From Candidatus Limnocylindria bacterium (GTDB lineage: Bacteria; Chloroflexota; Limnocylindria; QHBO01), in the NCBI GenBank assembly GCA_035701185.1, contig DASSNX010000169.1, positions 1,138 to 65,137 of the forward strand: a stretch of 64,000 nt of DNA, given 5' to 3'. The notes beneath the pieces are model-generated. The model searched no databases. It was given only the letters and a program-made list of their open reading frames with translations, and was not told where the DNA came from. The translations under genes and the position numbers were made by a program. Shown piece after piece: positions 35,974 through 48,645 of this stretch. Each line of letters starts with the position of its first letter. Position 1 is the first letter of the stretch.

Positions 35974-37031
35974 ATGGGGCCGTCAGTCAGATCACGACCG
36001 CGGATCAAGTTCAGCACCGTCCTGCTGACCCTGCTGGCCCTCGCGGTCGGCGCGATCGTGATCATCGGCGCCGGGCTCACCATCACCAAGGGCCGCTACT
36101 CCCTCGATGTGTGGGAGGGCTTCATCATCTCCGGCCTCGCCCTCGGTGCCGTCTACGCCCTGATCGCCATCGGCTATACGCTGGTCTACGGCATCCTGTT
36201 CATGATCAACTTCGCCCACGGCGAGGTGTTCATGGCCGGTGCCTTCACTGCCGTCTTCGCCGCCCAGGCGCTGGCTGACGAGGGCCTCGTCGCCAGCAAC
36301 CCGGTTCTGGCCTTCTCCATCGTCCTCGTCATCTCGATGGTCACCTCGATGATCGTGGCCGTCCTGCTCGAGCGGCTCGCCTATCGGCGGCTGCGCAACG
36401 CGCCACGCCTCGTGCCGCTGATCACCGCCATCGGCGCGTCGCTGGTGTTGCAGTACACCTTCCGCGGGCTGTACGGGGCGGGGGTGAAGGCCTACCCCAC
36501 CTTCCCGATCTTCGCCGGGACCTTCGACATCCTGGGCGTCAAGATCGCGGTCGCGCGGGCGGTGGTCATGGTCGCGTCGGTGGTCCTGATGCTGGCGCTC
36601 TACCTTTTCGTCGAGCGCACCCGGACCGGCCGTGCCATGCGGGCGGTGAGCGAGAGCAAGGACGTCGCCGCCATGATGGGCATCGACGTTGACCGGGTGA
36701 TCGTCTTCACCTTCGCGATCGGTGGGCTGCTGGCCGGCGCGGCCGGCATCCTCTACACGCTGATCTTCAACCAGGTCAGCTACTCGATGGGCTTCTTCCC
36801 TGGCATCAAGGCCTTCACCGCGGCGGTGCTGGGCGGCATCGGCAACATCGTCGGCGCCATGCTCGGCGGCCTGGCGCTGGGCCTGCTCGAGGCCGTCGCG
36901 CCGTATCTCGTCCTGGACGGCTACGGCATCCCGTCCGCCAACCAGCTGAAGGACGTCATCGCCTTCAGCGTGCTGGTGCTCGTCCTGATCTACCGCCCGA
37001 CCGGCTTCCTGGGCCGCAAGGAAAACACGTG

Positions 37032-37032
<1 letters not shown>
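35974..37032 (+). CDS. livH: Branched-chain amino acid ABC transporter permease LivH
   Basis: Typical LivH topology and conserved motifs. Confidence 0.9.
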
Positions 37033-39609
<2,577 letters not shown>

Positions 39610-39613
<4 letters not shown>

Positions 39614-40344
39614 CCACGCCGGCCGCGACCGAGGAGCGGGTCCTCGACCTCGAAGGGCTGCAGGTCTTCTACGGCAACATCGAGGCGCTGAAGGGCGTGT
39701 CGATGCACGTGCGGCGCGGCGAGATCGTGACGCTCATCGGCTCCAACGGCGCCGGCAAGAGCACGACCCTGCGGACGATCTCCGGCGTCCTGAGGCCGCG
39801 TTCCGGCACGGTCAGGCTCAACGGCCAGGAGATCCAGCAGACCCCTCCCCACATGATCGTGAAGATGGGGATCGCCCACTCCCCGGAGGGCCGCCGTGTC
39901 TTCGCGCGCATGAGCGTGCACGAGAACCTGCAGATGGGTGCCTTCGCGCGCGTGGGCGAGAAGATCGACGACGACATGGCGCGGGTCTATGACCTCTTCC
40001 CGCGGCTGCGGGAACGGCGATCGCAGAAGGCCGGGACGCTGTCGGGCGGCGAGCAGCAGATGCTGGCCATGGGCCGCGCGCTGATGGCCCGGCCCAAGGT
40101 GCTGCTCCTGGACGAGCCGTCGATGGGGCTCTCTCCCATCCTGACCGAGCAGATCTTCGCGATCATCACCGAGATCAACGGGCAGGGCACGACCGTGCTG
40201 CTGGTCGAGCAGAACGCGCTGATGGCGTTGAACGTCGCCCACCGCGGCTACGTGCTGCAGACCGGCCGCATCCTGCTCCACGACACCGCCGCCAACCTGG
40301 CGGCCAACCCGCAGGTCCGCCAGGCCTACCTGGGCGAGATCTAG
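39610..40344 (+). CDS. livF: Branched-chain amino acid ABC transporter ATP-binding protein LivF
   Basis: Walker A GSNGAGKST, signature LSGGEQQ; ATGA overlap with livG. Confidence 0.9.
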
Positions 40345-40369
40345 CGGCGCTGCGCCTCGCCGCGCACGG

Positions 40370-40714
40370 CTAGCGGCAGGGAACCGTGCCGCTCCAGACC
40401 GGCTCTTCCGTGTCGCGCTCGATGAACCAGGCCACCGTGCATTCGTTGCCGAACCCGAACAGCGAGCGGTCGAACGTCACCCGGCGCAGGTCCTTGCGCT
40501 CGAAGGTCAGCGTGGCCGGGTCATCGGCGAGGATCTGATCGCCCCATTCCCCGCAGGTGGCTGCCGAGACGCCGGTCGCCGCGGCACACTGGACCGTGAC
40601 CCGCGTGTTCACCGTCGAGCTCGCGCTGACCGGGGATCGAAGCACGAGCCAGCCGAAGGCGGCCGCGGCGGCCACAATCACCACCATTGCCCCTATGAGG
40701 ATCATCCGCGTCAT
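40370..40714 (-). CDS. Hypothetical small secreted/membrane-anchored protein
   Basis: N-terminal TM/signal MTRMILIGAMVVIVAAAAAFGWLVL and a Cys-containing soluble part. Confidence 0.45.
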   Translation of the reverse strand: MTRMILIGAMVVIVAAAAAFGWLVLRSPVSASSTVNTRVTVQCAAATGVSAATCGEWGDQILADDPATLTFERKDLRRVTFDRSLFGFGNECTVAWFIERDTEEPVWSGTVPCR

Positions 40715-41558
40715 GGCACAGGAGGGTACAGGCAACCGGCCTCATGGCGGGCTCCGCGACCTGCCCCGTGCCGAGCTGGCGGTGCTCGGGCTCGGGCTCG
40801 GCGTCCTGGCCCTGTCGATCGTGCCGGGCTGGCTGCTGCACAACCGGGTCGTGGGTGGCGAGGGGTATCGGAGCCTGGCTCTCGCGCTGAACGCGTGGCA
40901 GCTGAAGTCGGTCCCGGTGCTGAGCATCGCCGCCGTGGCCGCGGGTGCCGCGGGCCTGACGGTGCTCGTCCCGCCCGCGCGGCCGTGGTTGGTGGCGCTG
41001 GCCGCGCTGGCACTGGGCCTGATGGTGGCCGGGCTGGTGCCGCTCAGCCACGAGGCGCACGTCACGAGCGTCGAGGTGACTCCGGGTTGGGCACTGTTCG
41101 TTGCCCTGGCGGCCGTCGTCGCCATGATCGTGTTGGCGGTCCGCGCGACTCGGCCGCCGCGTGCGGTGCTGGCCGCGGCGGTGGCGGTCATGCTGGTGGC
41201 GAGCGTGGGCGGCGGCGTCGGCCGGATCGTGCAGCTGGCGGAGGCCGAAGCCGTGTCCTCGCACTGGTCACCGGGCACGTACCAGCGCCAGGGCGGATCG
41301 GCGACGCTGACGTTGACCGAGACGAGCTACGCCTCCGGCCGCTGGAGCGGCGCGCTCGAGACGGCGGGCACCAGCATCATCCTGACCGCCGACCCAACCT
41401 GTCCGGATGCCCGCGGCTACTACCACGTGCGTGCCGCCGAGGGCGACGCCATCCTGGTCGAGAAGGTGATCGACATCTGCGACGATGGCGACCGCAGCAC
41501 CGCGCTGGAAGGTATCTGGACGCCGGAGGGCCGGTCCGGGCCGGCTGGCACGCCGTGA
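40713..41558 (+). CDS. Hypothetical integral membrane protein with a C-terminal soluble domain
   Basis: Four predicted TM helices then a Cys-containing C-terminal domain; start at the internal ATG (MAQEG...). Confidence 0.5.
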   Translation: MAQEGTGNRPHGGLRDLPRAELAVLGLGLGVLALSIVPGWLLHNRVVGGEGYRSLALALNAWQLKSVPVLSIAAVAAGAAGLTVLVPPARPWLVALAALALGLMVAGLVPLSHEAHVTSVEVTPGWALFVALAAVVAMIVLAVRATRPPRAVLAAAVAVMLVASVGGGVGRIVQLAEAEAVSSHWSPGTYQRQGGSATLTLTETSYASGRWSGALETAGTSIILTADPTCPDARGYYHVRAAEGDAILVEKVIDICDDGDRSTALEGIWTPEGRSGPAGTP

Positions 41559-41682
41559 GCCGGCGTCCGCCATCGGCCTACAAGCCGGACCTGCGCCCCA
41601 TCCTGATCCTGGTCGGGCTGCTGTTGGCGGTAATCATCGGCTGGATCCTGCTCAGCCCGGTCATCCTGCCGCCGGCGGTGCG

Positions 41683-42114
41683 CTAGGTCGGGCGGCGCAC
41701 CCCGAAGCCGGTGCCCGCGCCGTAGAGCAGCAGCGCGACCCCCACGGCGGCCGCCGCGATGCCTGGAGAGCGCTGTGGCAGCGGCAGATAGCCCAGCGAC
41801 CACAGCTCCCAGATCCGGTAGCCCAGCGCCCCACCGGCCGCAACGCCGAGCAGCAGGTAGGCCCACGGCGAATCGAGCACGAAGCCCCAGCGGCCGCGGA
41901 TGTAGCCCACGTCCAGCAGGACCAGGGCGATCACCGCCGCCCCGAAGATGACGAGCCCGGGTCCCTCCAGGCCGATCCCCGACGCGGCGGGCACCGAGAT
42001 GCCGTCGACCACGTCCCCGCCGGCGCGCCACCACGGCAGGAAGCCAGCGGCGATCATCAGCAGGCTGCCGAGCAGGATCGGCAGCCGGAACCGGCGCGGC
42101 GCGCCGTCGGCCAC
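41683..42114 (-). CDS. Hypothetical integral membrane protein
   Basis: 143-aa hydrophobic ORF immediately downstream of hpt. Confidence 0.5.
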   Translation of the reverse strand: MADGAPRRFRLPILLGSLLMIAAGFLPWWRAGGDVVDGISVPAASGIGLEGPGLVIFGAAVIALVLLDVGYIRGRWGFVLDSPWAYLLLGVAAGGALGYRIWELWSLGYLPLPQRSPGIAAAAVGVALLLYGAGTGFGVRRPT

Positions 42115-42120
42115 CCCGAA

Positions 42121-42675
42121 TCAGCCCTCGGGCGAGGCGCCGCCGTAGACCGACGGCCGCAGCACGCCGATGTACGGCAGGTTGCGGTAGCGCTCGTCGA
42201 AGTCCAGGCCGTAGCCGATCACGAACCGGTCCGGGATGGTGAAGCCGCGATAGTCGATCTGGATCTCGGCCAGGCGTCGGGCCGGCTTGTCGAGCAGGCA
42301 GCACACGGTCATGGACGAGGGGTTGCGGTCGCGCAGGTAGTGGAGCAGGTAGTTGAGCGTCAGGCCGGTATCGATGATGTCCTCGACCACGATGACATCG
42401 CGTCCACTAATCGGCCCGGACAGGTCCTTCAGGATCCGGACCTGGCCGCTAGACTCGGTCGACGCGCCATAGCTGGACAGCTCCATCAGGTCAACGCTGA
42501 GCGGCACCGGCATGGAGCGGACGAGGTCGGCCAGGAAGATGATCGAGCCCTTCAGGACGCTGACCAGCACCGGGAAGCGGCCCACGTAGTCGGCGGCCAG
42601 CTGCTGGCCGAGCTCCGCGACGCGCTCACGGATCTGCGCCTCGGTGAGGAGGATCTCCTCGACGTCGTCATGCAT
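42121..42675 (-). CDS. hpt: Hypoxanthine-guanine phosphoribosyltransferase
   Basis: PRPP-binding motif VIVVEDIIDTGLTL and overall Hpt similarity; start at the internal ATG MHDDVEE. Confidence 0.9.
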   Translation of the reverse strand: MHDDVEEILLTEAQIRERVAELGQQLAADYVGRFPVLVSVLKGSIIFLADLVRSMPVPLSVDLMELSSYGASTESSGQVRILKDLSGPISGRDVIVVEDIIDTGLTLNYLLHYLRDRNPSSMTVCCLLDKPARRLAEIQIDYRGFTIPDRFVIGYGLDFDERYRNLPYIGVLRPSVYGGASPEG

Positions 42676-42736
42676 GGTCGGCAGGGTCAGGGTCGGGGTC
42701 TGGGAAGCGGGATGCTGGCGGTCCATGGGATGGTGA

Positions 42737-43144
42737 TCAGTCCTCTCCGCCGTCGGCGTTCAGCGGTCCGTTGCCGTTCATGGCGGCGACATCGGCCAGG
42801 AAGTCCAGGCGTCCGTACTTCACCATCAGCGCCTTGAAATCACGAGCGTAGAACAGCTTCACCCTCACGTCCGGGTACAGCTGGCGCAGCCAGCGCAGCT
42901 TGCGGTTCTTCTTGCGGACCAGCGACTGCTTGAGCGTCGTCAGCTCCACGTAGAGATCGACCTCGGGCAAATAGAAGTCCGGCGAGAACGACTCGACGAC
43001 CGCGCCGGCGGCGTTCCAGGAGATGGGGAAGGTGTCGGGTTCGTAGCGCCATTCGACGTTGTAGAAGTCGAGGATCCTCGCCAACTCGGCCTCGCTCTGG
43101 TGAGCGAAGCGCGGTGGCGAGCCGCTCAGCACGGTCGCCGCCAC
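42737..43144 (-). CDS. Hypothetical protein
   Basis: 135-aa ORF with balanced composition, co-oriented with hpt. Confidence 0.5.
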   Translation of the reverse strand: MAATVLSGSPPRFAHQSEAELARILDFYNVEWRYEPDTFPISWNAAGAVVESFSPDFYLPEVDLYVELTTLKQSLVRKKNRKLRWLRQLYPDVRVKLFYARDFKALMVKYGRLDFLADVAAMNGNGPLNADGGED

Positions 43145-43209
43145 TGTCCCTCGATGCTAGCCGTCGGCGAAGGGTCGGGCGCCATCGGCTTCGAGTATAT
43201 CCGGCTGAC

Positions 43210-43266
43210 TTATCCACAATCTGTGGATCGGCGCGCGGAATGGTGGATAAGCCGCTTGTTGTCCAC
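43210..43266. promoter_or_regulatory. Cluster of four DnaA-box-like 9-mers in alternating orientation upstream of rsmG
   Basis: TTATCCACA (perfect), cgATCCACA (reverse strand), TTATCCACC (reverse strand), TTGTCCACC within 57 bp. Confidence 0.45.
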
Positions 43267-43410
43267 CGACCGCGGCTGCTATGGTCGCGGTCCTGCTTCC
43301 CCGGCGGCCGAGTACGGTAACCGGGCGGGCGCGGGGCCGATGCGAAAGCCGGCCATCCAGACCGCACCCGACCGGGAAGACCGAAACGCCACCGGAGGAG
43401 GCATTTTCAT

Positions 43411-44166
43411 TTGTCGGAGGCCGATGGAGCCGCTGCCGCGGCGCTCGCCGCACGCCACCACCTCGAGGCCCTGCTCGACTCCGCCGCGCTGCCGGCACTG
43501 CCGCCCGGCTACGCCGATGCGGCCCAGCGCTACGTGGCGCTCCTGCTGGAGGCCAACGCGCGGCTCAACCTGACCCGCGTGGTCGAGCCCGAGGCCGTGG
43601 CGCGCCTCCACCTGCTCGATGCGCTGGCCGCGCTGCCGCTGCTGGATACGCTGGCTCCGGCTTCCGCGGCGGACCTCGGCTCGGGCGGTGGCGTACCGGG
43701 CATCCCGTTGGCCATGGCCCGGGCCGACGTGCAGTGGACGCTGGTGGACTCGGTGGCAAAGAAGGCGGACGTCCTGCGCGGCTTCGTCGCGGCGCTCGGC
43801 CTGCGCAACGTGGAGGTCGTGGCGGAACGGGCCGAGACCCTCGGCCGGTCGCCGGCGCACCGTGAGCAGTACGGCCTGGTGGCGGCGCGTGCCTGCGCCG
43901 CGCTGCCAGTCCTCGCCGAGCTGGCGTTGCCGCTGCTCGCGGTCGGCGGCTGCCTGCTGGCCTGGAAGGGGCCGCTCACGGACGCCGATGACGAGGTGCG
44001 CCGCGGGCGGGCGGCCGCCGGCCAGCTGGGCGGTGGCGCCTTTCAGATCCACCCCTCGCTGCCGGCGCTCGGCGGGCACACATTCGTGGTGGTGGCCAAG
44101 GAGGGCGAGACGCCGGCGCGCTATCCGCGGCGGCCCGGCGAGCCCGCCCGGCGCCCGCTGGCCTAG
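43411..44166 (+). CDS. rsmG: 16S rRNA (guanine527-N7)-methyltransferase RsmG (GidB)
   Basis: GidB fold with DLGSGGGVPGIPLA SAM motif; TTG start with GGAGGAGG SD. Confidence 0.85.
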   Translation: MSEADGAAAAALAARHHLEALLDSAALPALPPGYADAAQRYVALLLEANARLNLTRVVEPEAVARLHLLDALAALPLLDTLAPASAADLGSGGGVPGIPLAMARADVQWTLVDSVAKKADVLRGFVAALGLRNVEVVAERAETLGRSPAHREQYGLVAARACAALPVLAELALPLLAVGGCLLAWKGPLTDADDEVRRGRAAAGQLGGGAFQIHPSLPALGGHTFVVVAKEGETPARYPRRPGEPARRPLA

Positions 44167-44389
44167 GCGTGGCCCGGCCTGTGCGCCATAACTGCTGCTT
44201 GTCTAACGACCCCGGGAAGCGACGGTTCACAAGCCCGGCCGTGTAGGAATGCGCAGTCGGCGCTCGGCGCACAAGCCCTGCTTGTGCGCGGTATCTGGTG
44301 CGCGCGCTGCACGAGGGCTGGTTGTGGCGCAGGCGTCGGAGCCGGCGACGGGAGCGCCACGCCAACGCCATCGGTACACTCGCAAGCCC

Positions 44390-45112
44390 ATGCGCCTCGC
44401 CGTCCTGTCGGACATCCACGCCAATCTCGCTGCGCTCGACGCGGTGCGCGACGACCTTCCCGCGCTGGACGAGGTCTGGGTGCTGGGCGATATCGTGGGG
44501 TACGGGCCGCAGCCCAACGAGGTCATCGCCAGGCTCCAGGAGATGGGGGCGCGCAGCGTGATGGGCAATCACGACGGCGCGGCCATCGGGCAGGTGGACA
44601 TCGGCTGGTTCAATCCCGATGCCGCCCGGGCCATCCGCTGGACCGCCGAGGTGGTGGACGACAACGCGCGTGCCTACCTGGCGGCGTTGCCCGAGGTGCG
44701 CCGCGAGGGGGAGCTCACCGCCGTCCATGGCTCGCCACGCGATCCGACCTGGGAATACGTGACCGACAGCGAGGTGGCCGGCGCGAACCTGGCCTCGTTC
44801 GACACCCGGCTGTGCCTGAACGGCCACACCCACGTGCCGGTGATCTTCCATGCCGACGACGGGCGGGTGCGGGCCGTGCCAGCGACCCCGGGTGCCCCGA
44901 TCTCGGTGGGCGTCGGCCGCGCGCTGGTCAACCCGGGGAGCGTCGGACAGCCGCGCGACGGCAATCCGGCGGCGTCGTACCTGGTGATCGACACGGAGGC
45001 GCAGACGGCCGAATTTCGCCGGGTGAGCTACGACGTCGCCGCCACCCAGCGCGCGATGCGGGAGGTCGATCTGCCCCCACGCCTCGCCGAGCGACTGCGC
45101 TACGGACGCTGA
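44390..45112 (+). CDS. Metallophosphoesterase (calcineurin-like, YfcE/MJ0936 family)
   Basis: MRLAVLSDIHAN...GDIVGYGP...GNHD...GHTH motifs. Confidence 0.8.
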   Translation: MRLAVLSDIHANLAALDAVRDDLPALDEVWVLGDIVGYGPQPNEVIARLQEMGARSVMGNHDGAAIGQVDIGWFNPDAARAIRWTAEVVDDNARAYLAALPEVRREGELTAVHGSPRDPTWEYVTDSEVAGANLASFDTRLCLNGHTHVPVIFHADDGRVRAVPATPGAPISVGVGRALVNPGSVGQPRDGNPAASYLVIDTEAQTAEFRRVSYDVAATQRAMREVDLPPRLAERLRYGR

Positions 45113-45134
45113 GGGGCCGTAGGATAACGACCAC

Positions 45135-45620
45135 ATGATCTTCGGACGCCGCAGCGAGAAGCGCTCGCCGCTGCTGACCTACGAGCGAATCCTGGTCCCG
45201 CTGGCCGGCACCGAAGCCGATGAGTCGCCGCTGCGCCTCGCCACCGTGCTGCTGGCCGGCACCGAGGGCCAGGTCTCGCTGCTGCACGTCATCGAGGTGC
45301 CGTTCGAGCGGCAGCTGGACGCCGAGGACCCGAACGCCATCGCCTTCGCCGATGAGGTGATCGAGCGGGCCGAGGCGTTCCTCACCGAGCGCGAGGTGCG
45401 CGTGCGCACCGGGATCGCGCAGGCACGGGCGGCGGGCGCCGCGATCGTGGACGACGCGGTCGAGCAGAACGCCGACCTGATCATCATGGGGCTACGCTAT
45501 AAGAAGCGCTTCGGCGGGGGCTGGGACGCCGGACGGACCGTGCCCTACGTCATGCGCAACTCCACCGCGCCGGTCTGGTGCCTGCGCGTCGAAACGGAGG
45601 ATCTGGCACACACGCCATGA
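45135..45620 (+). CDS. Universal stress protein (UspA family)
   Basis: ILVPLAGTE... and the C-terminal ATP-binding-like G-x2-G-x9-G(S/T) region. Confidence 0.7.
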   Translation: MIFGRRSEKRSPLLTYERILVPLAGTEADESPLRLATVLLAGTEGQVSLLHVIEVPFERQLDAEDPNAIAFADEVIERAEAFLTEREVRVRTGIAQARAAGAAIVDDAVEQNADLIIMGLRYKKRFGGGWDAGRTVPYVMRNSTAPVWCLRVETEDLAHTP

Positions 45621-46153
45621 GGATCATCATCGTGGGCTGCGGGCGCGTCGGCGCCCGAACGGCCGCCGAGCTCGACCAGCGGGGTGAGCACGTCACCGTG
45701 ATCGACACCGATCAGCGCGCCTTCAACCGGCTGCCGTCGACCTTCGGCGGCGTGACCGTGCGCGGCAGCGGCGGCGACGAGGACACGCAGCGTTCGGCGG
45801 GCGCCGAGATGTGCGACGTGCTGATGGCGCTGACCGAGGGCGACAACCGCAACGCCATGGCCGCGCAGCTGGGCAAGCACGTCTTCGGCATCCCCCGCGT
45901 CATCGCCAAGATCAACGACCCGGTTCGGGCCGAGGCCTATCGCTCGCTGGGCCTGGAGACGATCTGCCGCACCGTCATCCTGGCCGATGCGCTCGTGCGC
46001 GCCACGACGGACGGCGCCGAGGCGACGGAGGGCCAGGTGCAGCCGCCGACCGCGGAGCCGCTGCGCGGCGCTCCCGTCGCCGGCTCGAAGGCCGCGCAGC
46101 AGGCCGAGGACGAGATCGCCGAAGGGGCGTCGACCGCGCCGGAGGAGGCCTGA
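45617..46153 (+). CDS. TrkA-N domain potassium-transport regulatory protein
   Basis: MRIIIVGCGRVGARTAAEL NAD-binding Rossmann fold; ATGA overlap with the usp stop. Confidence 0.75.
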   Translation: MRIIIVGCGRVGARTAAELDQRGEHVTVIDTDQRAFNRLPSTFGGVTVRGSGGDEDTQRSAGAEMCDVLMALTEGDNRNAMAAQLGKHVFGIPRVIAKINDPVRAEAYRSLGLETICRTVILADALVRATTDGAEATEGQVQPPTAEPLRGAPVAGSKAAQQAEDEIAEGASTAPEEA

Positions 46154-46154
46154 C

Positions 46155-46814
46155 ATGTACGTGGTGGTCATCGGCGGCGGCAACGTCGGCTACTACCTGA
46201 CTCGCGAGCTGCTGGCCGCGGGTCATGAGGTGGTAATGATCGAGAAGGACCCGGCCCGGGCGCGGCTCATCGCCGAAGAGGTCGGCAGCATCGTGGTGCC
46301 GAATGACGGGTGCGAGGGCCGCTACCAGGCCGAGGCCGGCATGGGGCGCGCCGACGTGATGGCGGCGGTCACCGGCGACGACGAGGACAACCTGGTGGCC
46401 TGCCAGGTGGCGAAGATGAAGTTCAACGTGCCGCGCGCGATCGCCCGCGTCAATAACCCGAAGAACGAGCATCTCTTCCGGCAGCTGGCGATCGACGAGA
46501 CCGTGAGCCCCACCCGCTCGATCCTGGGCGTGATCGAGCACGAGATCCCGATCCATGACCTTCTCCACCTCGCCGAGCTGGAGCGCGGCGAGCTCCAGAT
46601 CGTGGAGGCGCAGCTGGACGCGAGCTCCCCGGTGGTCGGCAAGACGCTGCGCGACCTGTCGCTGCCGGAGGACAGCCACGTGCTCGTGGTGGTGCGGGGC
46701 GACAAGGCCCTGCCGATCCGCCAGGAGACCCGGCTGGTCAACGGGGACCGACTGCTGGCCGTCACCTCATCGGAGCACGAGGCGGAGCTGCGCACCCTCC
46801 TCATCGGCGAGTGA
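46155..46814 (+). CDS. trkA: TrkA family potassium uptake protein (TrkA-N + TrkA-C/RCK_C)
   Basis: MYVVVIGGGNVGYYL Rossmann N-terminus plus the C-terminal RCK_C fold; GAGGAGG SD. Confidence 0.85.
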   Translation: MYVVVIGGGNVGYYLTRELLAAGHEVVMIEKDPARARLIAEEVGSIVVPNDGCEGRYQAEAGMGRADVMAAVTGDDEDNLVACQVAKMKFNVPRAIARVNNPKNEHLFRQLAIDETVSPTRSILGVIEHEIPIHDLLHLAELERGELQIVEAQLDASSPVVGKTLRDLSLPEDSHVLVVVRGDKALPIRQETRLVNGDRLLAVTSSEHEAELRTLLIGE

Positions 46815-47605
46815 GCAGCGCGGCGCCCAGCCGCGTGCTGCGCCTTTCATTGCTGGCGTGGGGGCTCGGCGAGCTGGCCATGGGCCGGCGCTACGCCGGC
46901 AGCACCTGGTTGCTGGCCGAGGCCTTGAGCCTGGCGCTCGTCGGCCTCATCAGCTGGCTCCTGCTGGACACGACCTGGTATCTGCTGCCCTTCCTGCTCG
47001 GCATGGCGTTCATCGGCGTCTGGGCTGTGCAGGCCCTGCTGAGCTACCGACGCGCCCAGCGCGTCGCCGGGCAGGCAACGCCACCGGTGCCCCGCCGCTC
47101 ACCGGCTGCCGCTGCCGCCTGGCTGACTCTGCCGCTCCTGGCCTGGGGCACCGGGTTCTGGCTGGTGGCGGCCGACCAGGCATCACCCGCGGCCGTGGTC
47201 GACCGTTTCCTCTCAGGCTGGGCCGATGTCGCCGCCGGTCGCCAAATCGCCTGGCAGGACACCGACCCCACCGATCGTGCACTGCTCTCATCGGCGGCGA
47301 CCGCCGGGACCGCCCGGCTGCGCGCGCTCTGCGCGAACGGCACGTTGCCTTCGGACTGCGACGAGGATCCGGGCAGCGTCCTGCGCGACGTCCGCTTCCG
47401 GATCGAGGTGCCCGGAGACGGCACCGCGGTGGGCGTGGCCGAGGTCGTGCGCTTCGAGCGCCGCTCCACCACGTTCCTGGGCATCTTTGGCGCCAGCGAG
47501 CTGGTGCCGGTTGCGCTGCAGGAGATACTGCGTCTGGACCTGGCGGCCAGGCCGGCGGCCCTCGGCTCGCAGCGCTGGACCGTGGTGGCCGCCTCCGTAC
47601 CCTGA
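46811..47605 (+). CDS. Hypothetical integral membrane protein
   Basis: Several TM helices followed by a soluble C-terminal domain; GTG start overlaps the trkA stop. Confidence 0.5.
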   Translation: MSSAAPSRVLRLSLLAWGLGELAMGRRYAGSTWLLAEALSLALVGLISWLLLDTTWYLLPFLLGMAFIGVWAVQALLSYRRAQRVAGQATPPVPRRSPAAAAAWLTLPLLAWGTGFWLVAADQASPAAVVDRFLSGWADVAAGRQIAWQDTDPTDRALLSSAATAGTARLRALCANGTLPSDCDEDPGSVLRDVRFRIEVPGDGTAVGVAEVVRFERRSTTFLGIFGASELVPVALQEILRLDLAARPAALGSQRWTVVAASVP

Positions 47606-47620
47606 CGAGTACCTGTCTAC

Positions 47621-48640
47621 GTGACTGATCCGCCCGCCGCCGCCCCTGCCACCACCGTCGCACCGCCGGCACGCCGCGCGGACGAGCAGCGTGGCGCGCG
47701 CTTCCTGGCAGAGTTGGAGGGCGCGGTTTCGCACGCGGTGGTCGGCGGGGAGGTTCCGCTGCGGCTGCTGGCCACCGCGCTGCTGGCCGGGGGCCACGCG
47801 CTGGTCGAGGACGTGCCTGGCGTCGGCAAGACGCTGCTCGCCCGCGCCTTCGCCCGCGCGCTGGGCCTGAGCTTCGGACGGATCCAGGGCACGCCGGACC
47901 TCCTGCCCAGCGACGTCACCGGGTCGAGCATCCTGGAGGGCGGGGCGTTCCGCTTCGTCCCCGGCCCGGTCTTCGCCAACGTGGTGCTGGTTGACGAGAT
48001 CAACCGCGCCACGCCGCGCACCCAGTCGGCACTGCTCGAGGCGATGCAGGAGCGCCAGGTCAGCGCCGAGGGCCAGACGCGCCCGCTGCCGGAGCCCTTC
48101 CTGGTGCTGGCCACCCAGAATCCGGTGGAGCTGGAGGGCACCTTCGCCCTGCCGGAGGCGCAGCTCGACCGCTTCGTGCTGCGCATCGCCATGGGCTACC
48201 CGGACGAGGCCGCCGAGCGACGGATCGCGCGGCGCCACCAGGCGTCGCCGGAGCCGCTGGACGACGTCCCGACCGCCATCGCCGGGGAGCGCGTGGTGGA
48301 GCTGGCGGCAGCCGCCCGGACGGTCCACGTCTCCGAGGACGCGGAGCGCTACGGGGTGGCGCTCGTGCGGGCCACCCGGGAGCACGCCGACGTGCGCCTT
48401 GGCGCGTCGCCGCGGGCCAGCGTGGCGCTCTACCGCGTCGCCCAGGCCTGGGCGCTCCTCGACGGGCGCGGCTTCGTGCTGCCGGACGACCTGCGCGACG
48501 TGGCGCACGCGGTGCTCGATCATCGGCTCCTGCTGGAGGTCGACCGCGAGCTGCGCGGGGCCACCACGGCGGCCGTGGTCCAGGAGGTGCTGGACGCGGT
48601 GCCGGTGCCGATGGCCGGCGATTCGCCGCCGGACGGCTGA
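47621..48640 (+). CDS. MoxR-like AAA+ ATPase
   Basis: Walker A EDVPGVGKT, Walker B VVLVDEINRA, sensor motifs. Confidence 0.85.
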   Translation: MTDPPAAAPATTVAPPARRADEQRGARFLAELEGAVSHAVVGGEVPLRLLATALLAGGHALVEDVPGVGKTLLARAFARALGLSFGRIQGTPDLLPSDVTGSSILEGGAFRFVPGPVFANVVLVDEINRATPRTQSALLEAMQERQVSAEGQTRPLPEPFLVLATQNPVELEGTFALPEAQLDRFVLRIAMGYPDEAAERRIARRHQASPEPLDDVPTAIAGERVVELAAAARTVHVSEDAERYGVALVRATREHADVRLGASPRASVALYRVAQAWALLDGRGFVLPDDLRDVAHAVLDHRLLLEVDRELRGATTAAVVQEVLDAVPVPMAGDSPPDG

Positions 48641-48645
48641 CGCCA

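Noticed and set aside
41420-42837. Overlapping long ORFs 41420-42304 (-) and 41485-42837 (+)
   Set aside because: These are frame artefacts across the hpt / membrane-protein region. hpt (42121-42675, -) is unambiguous.
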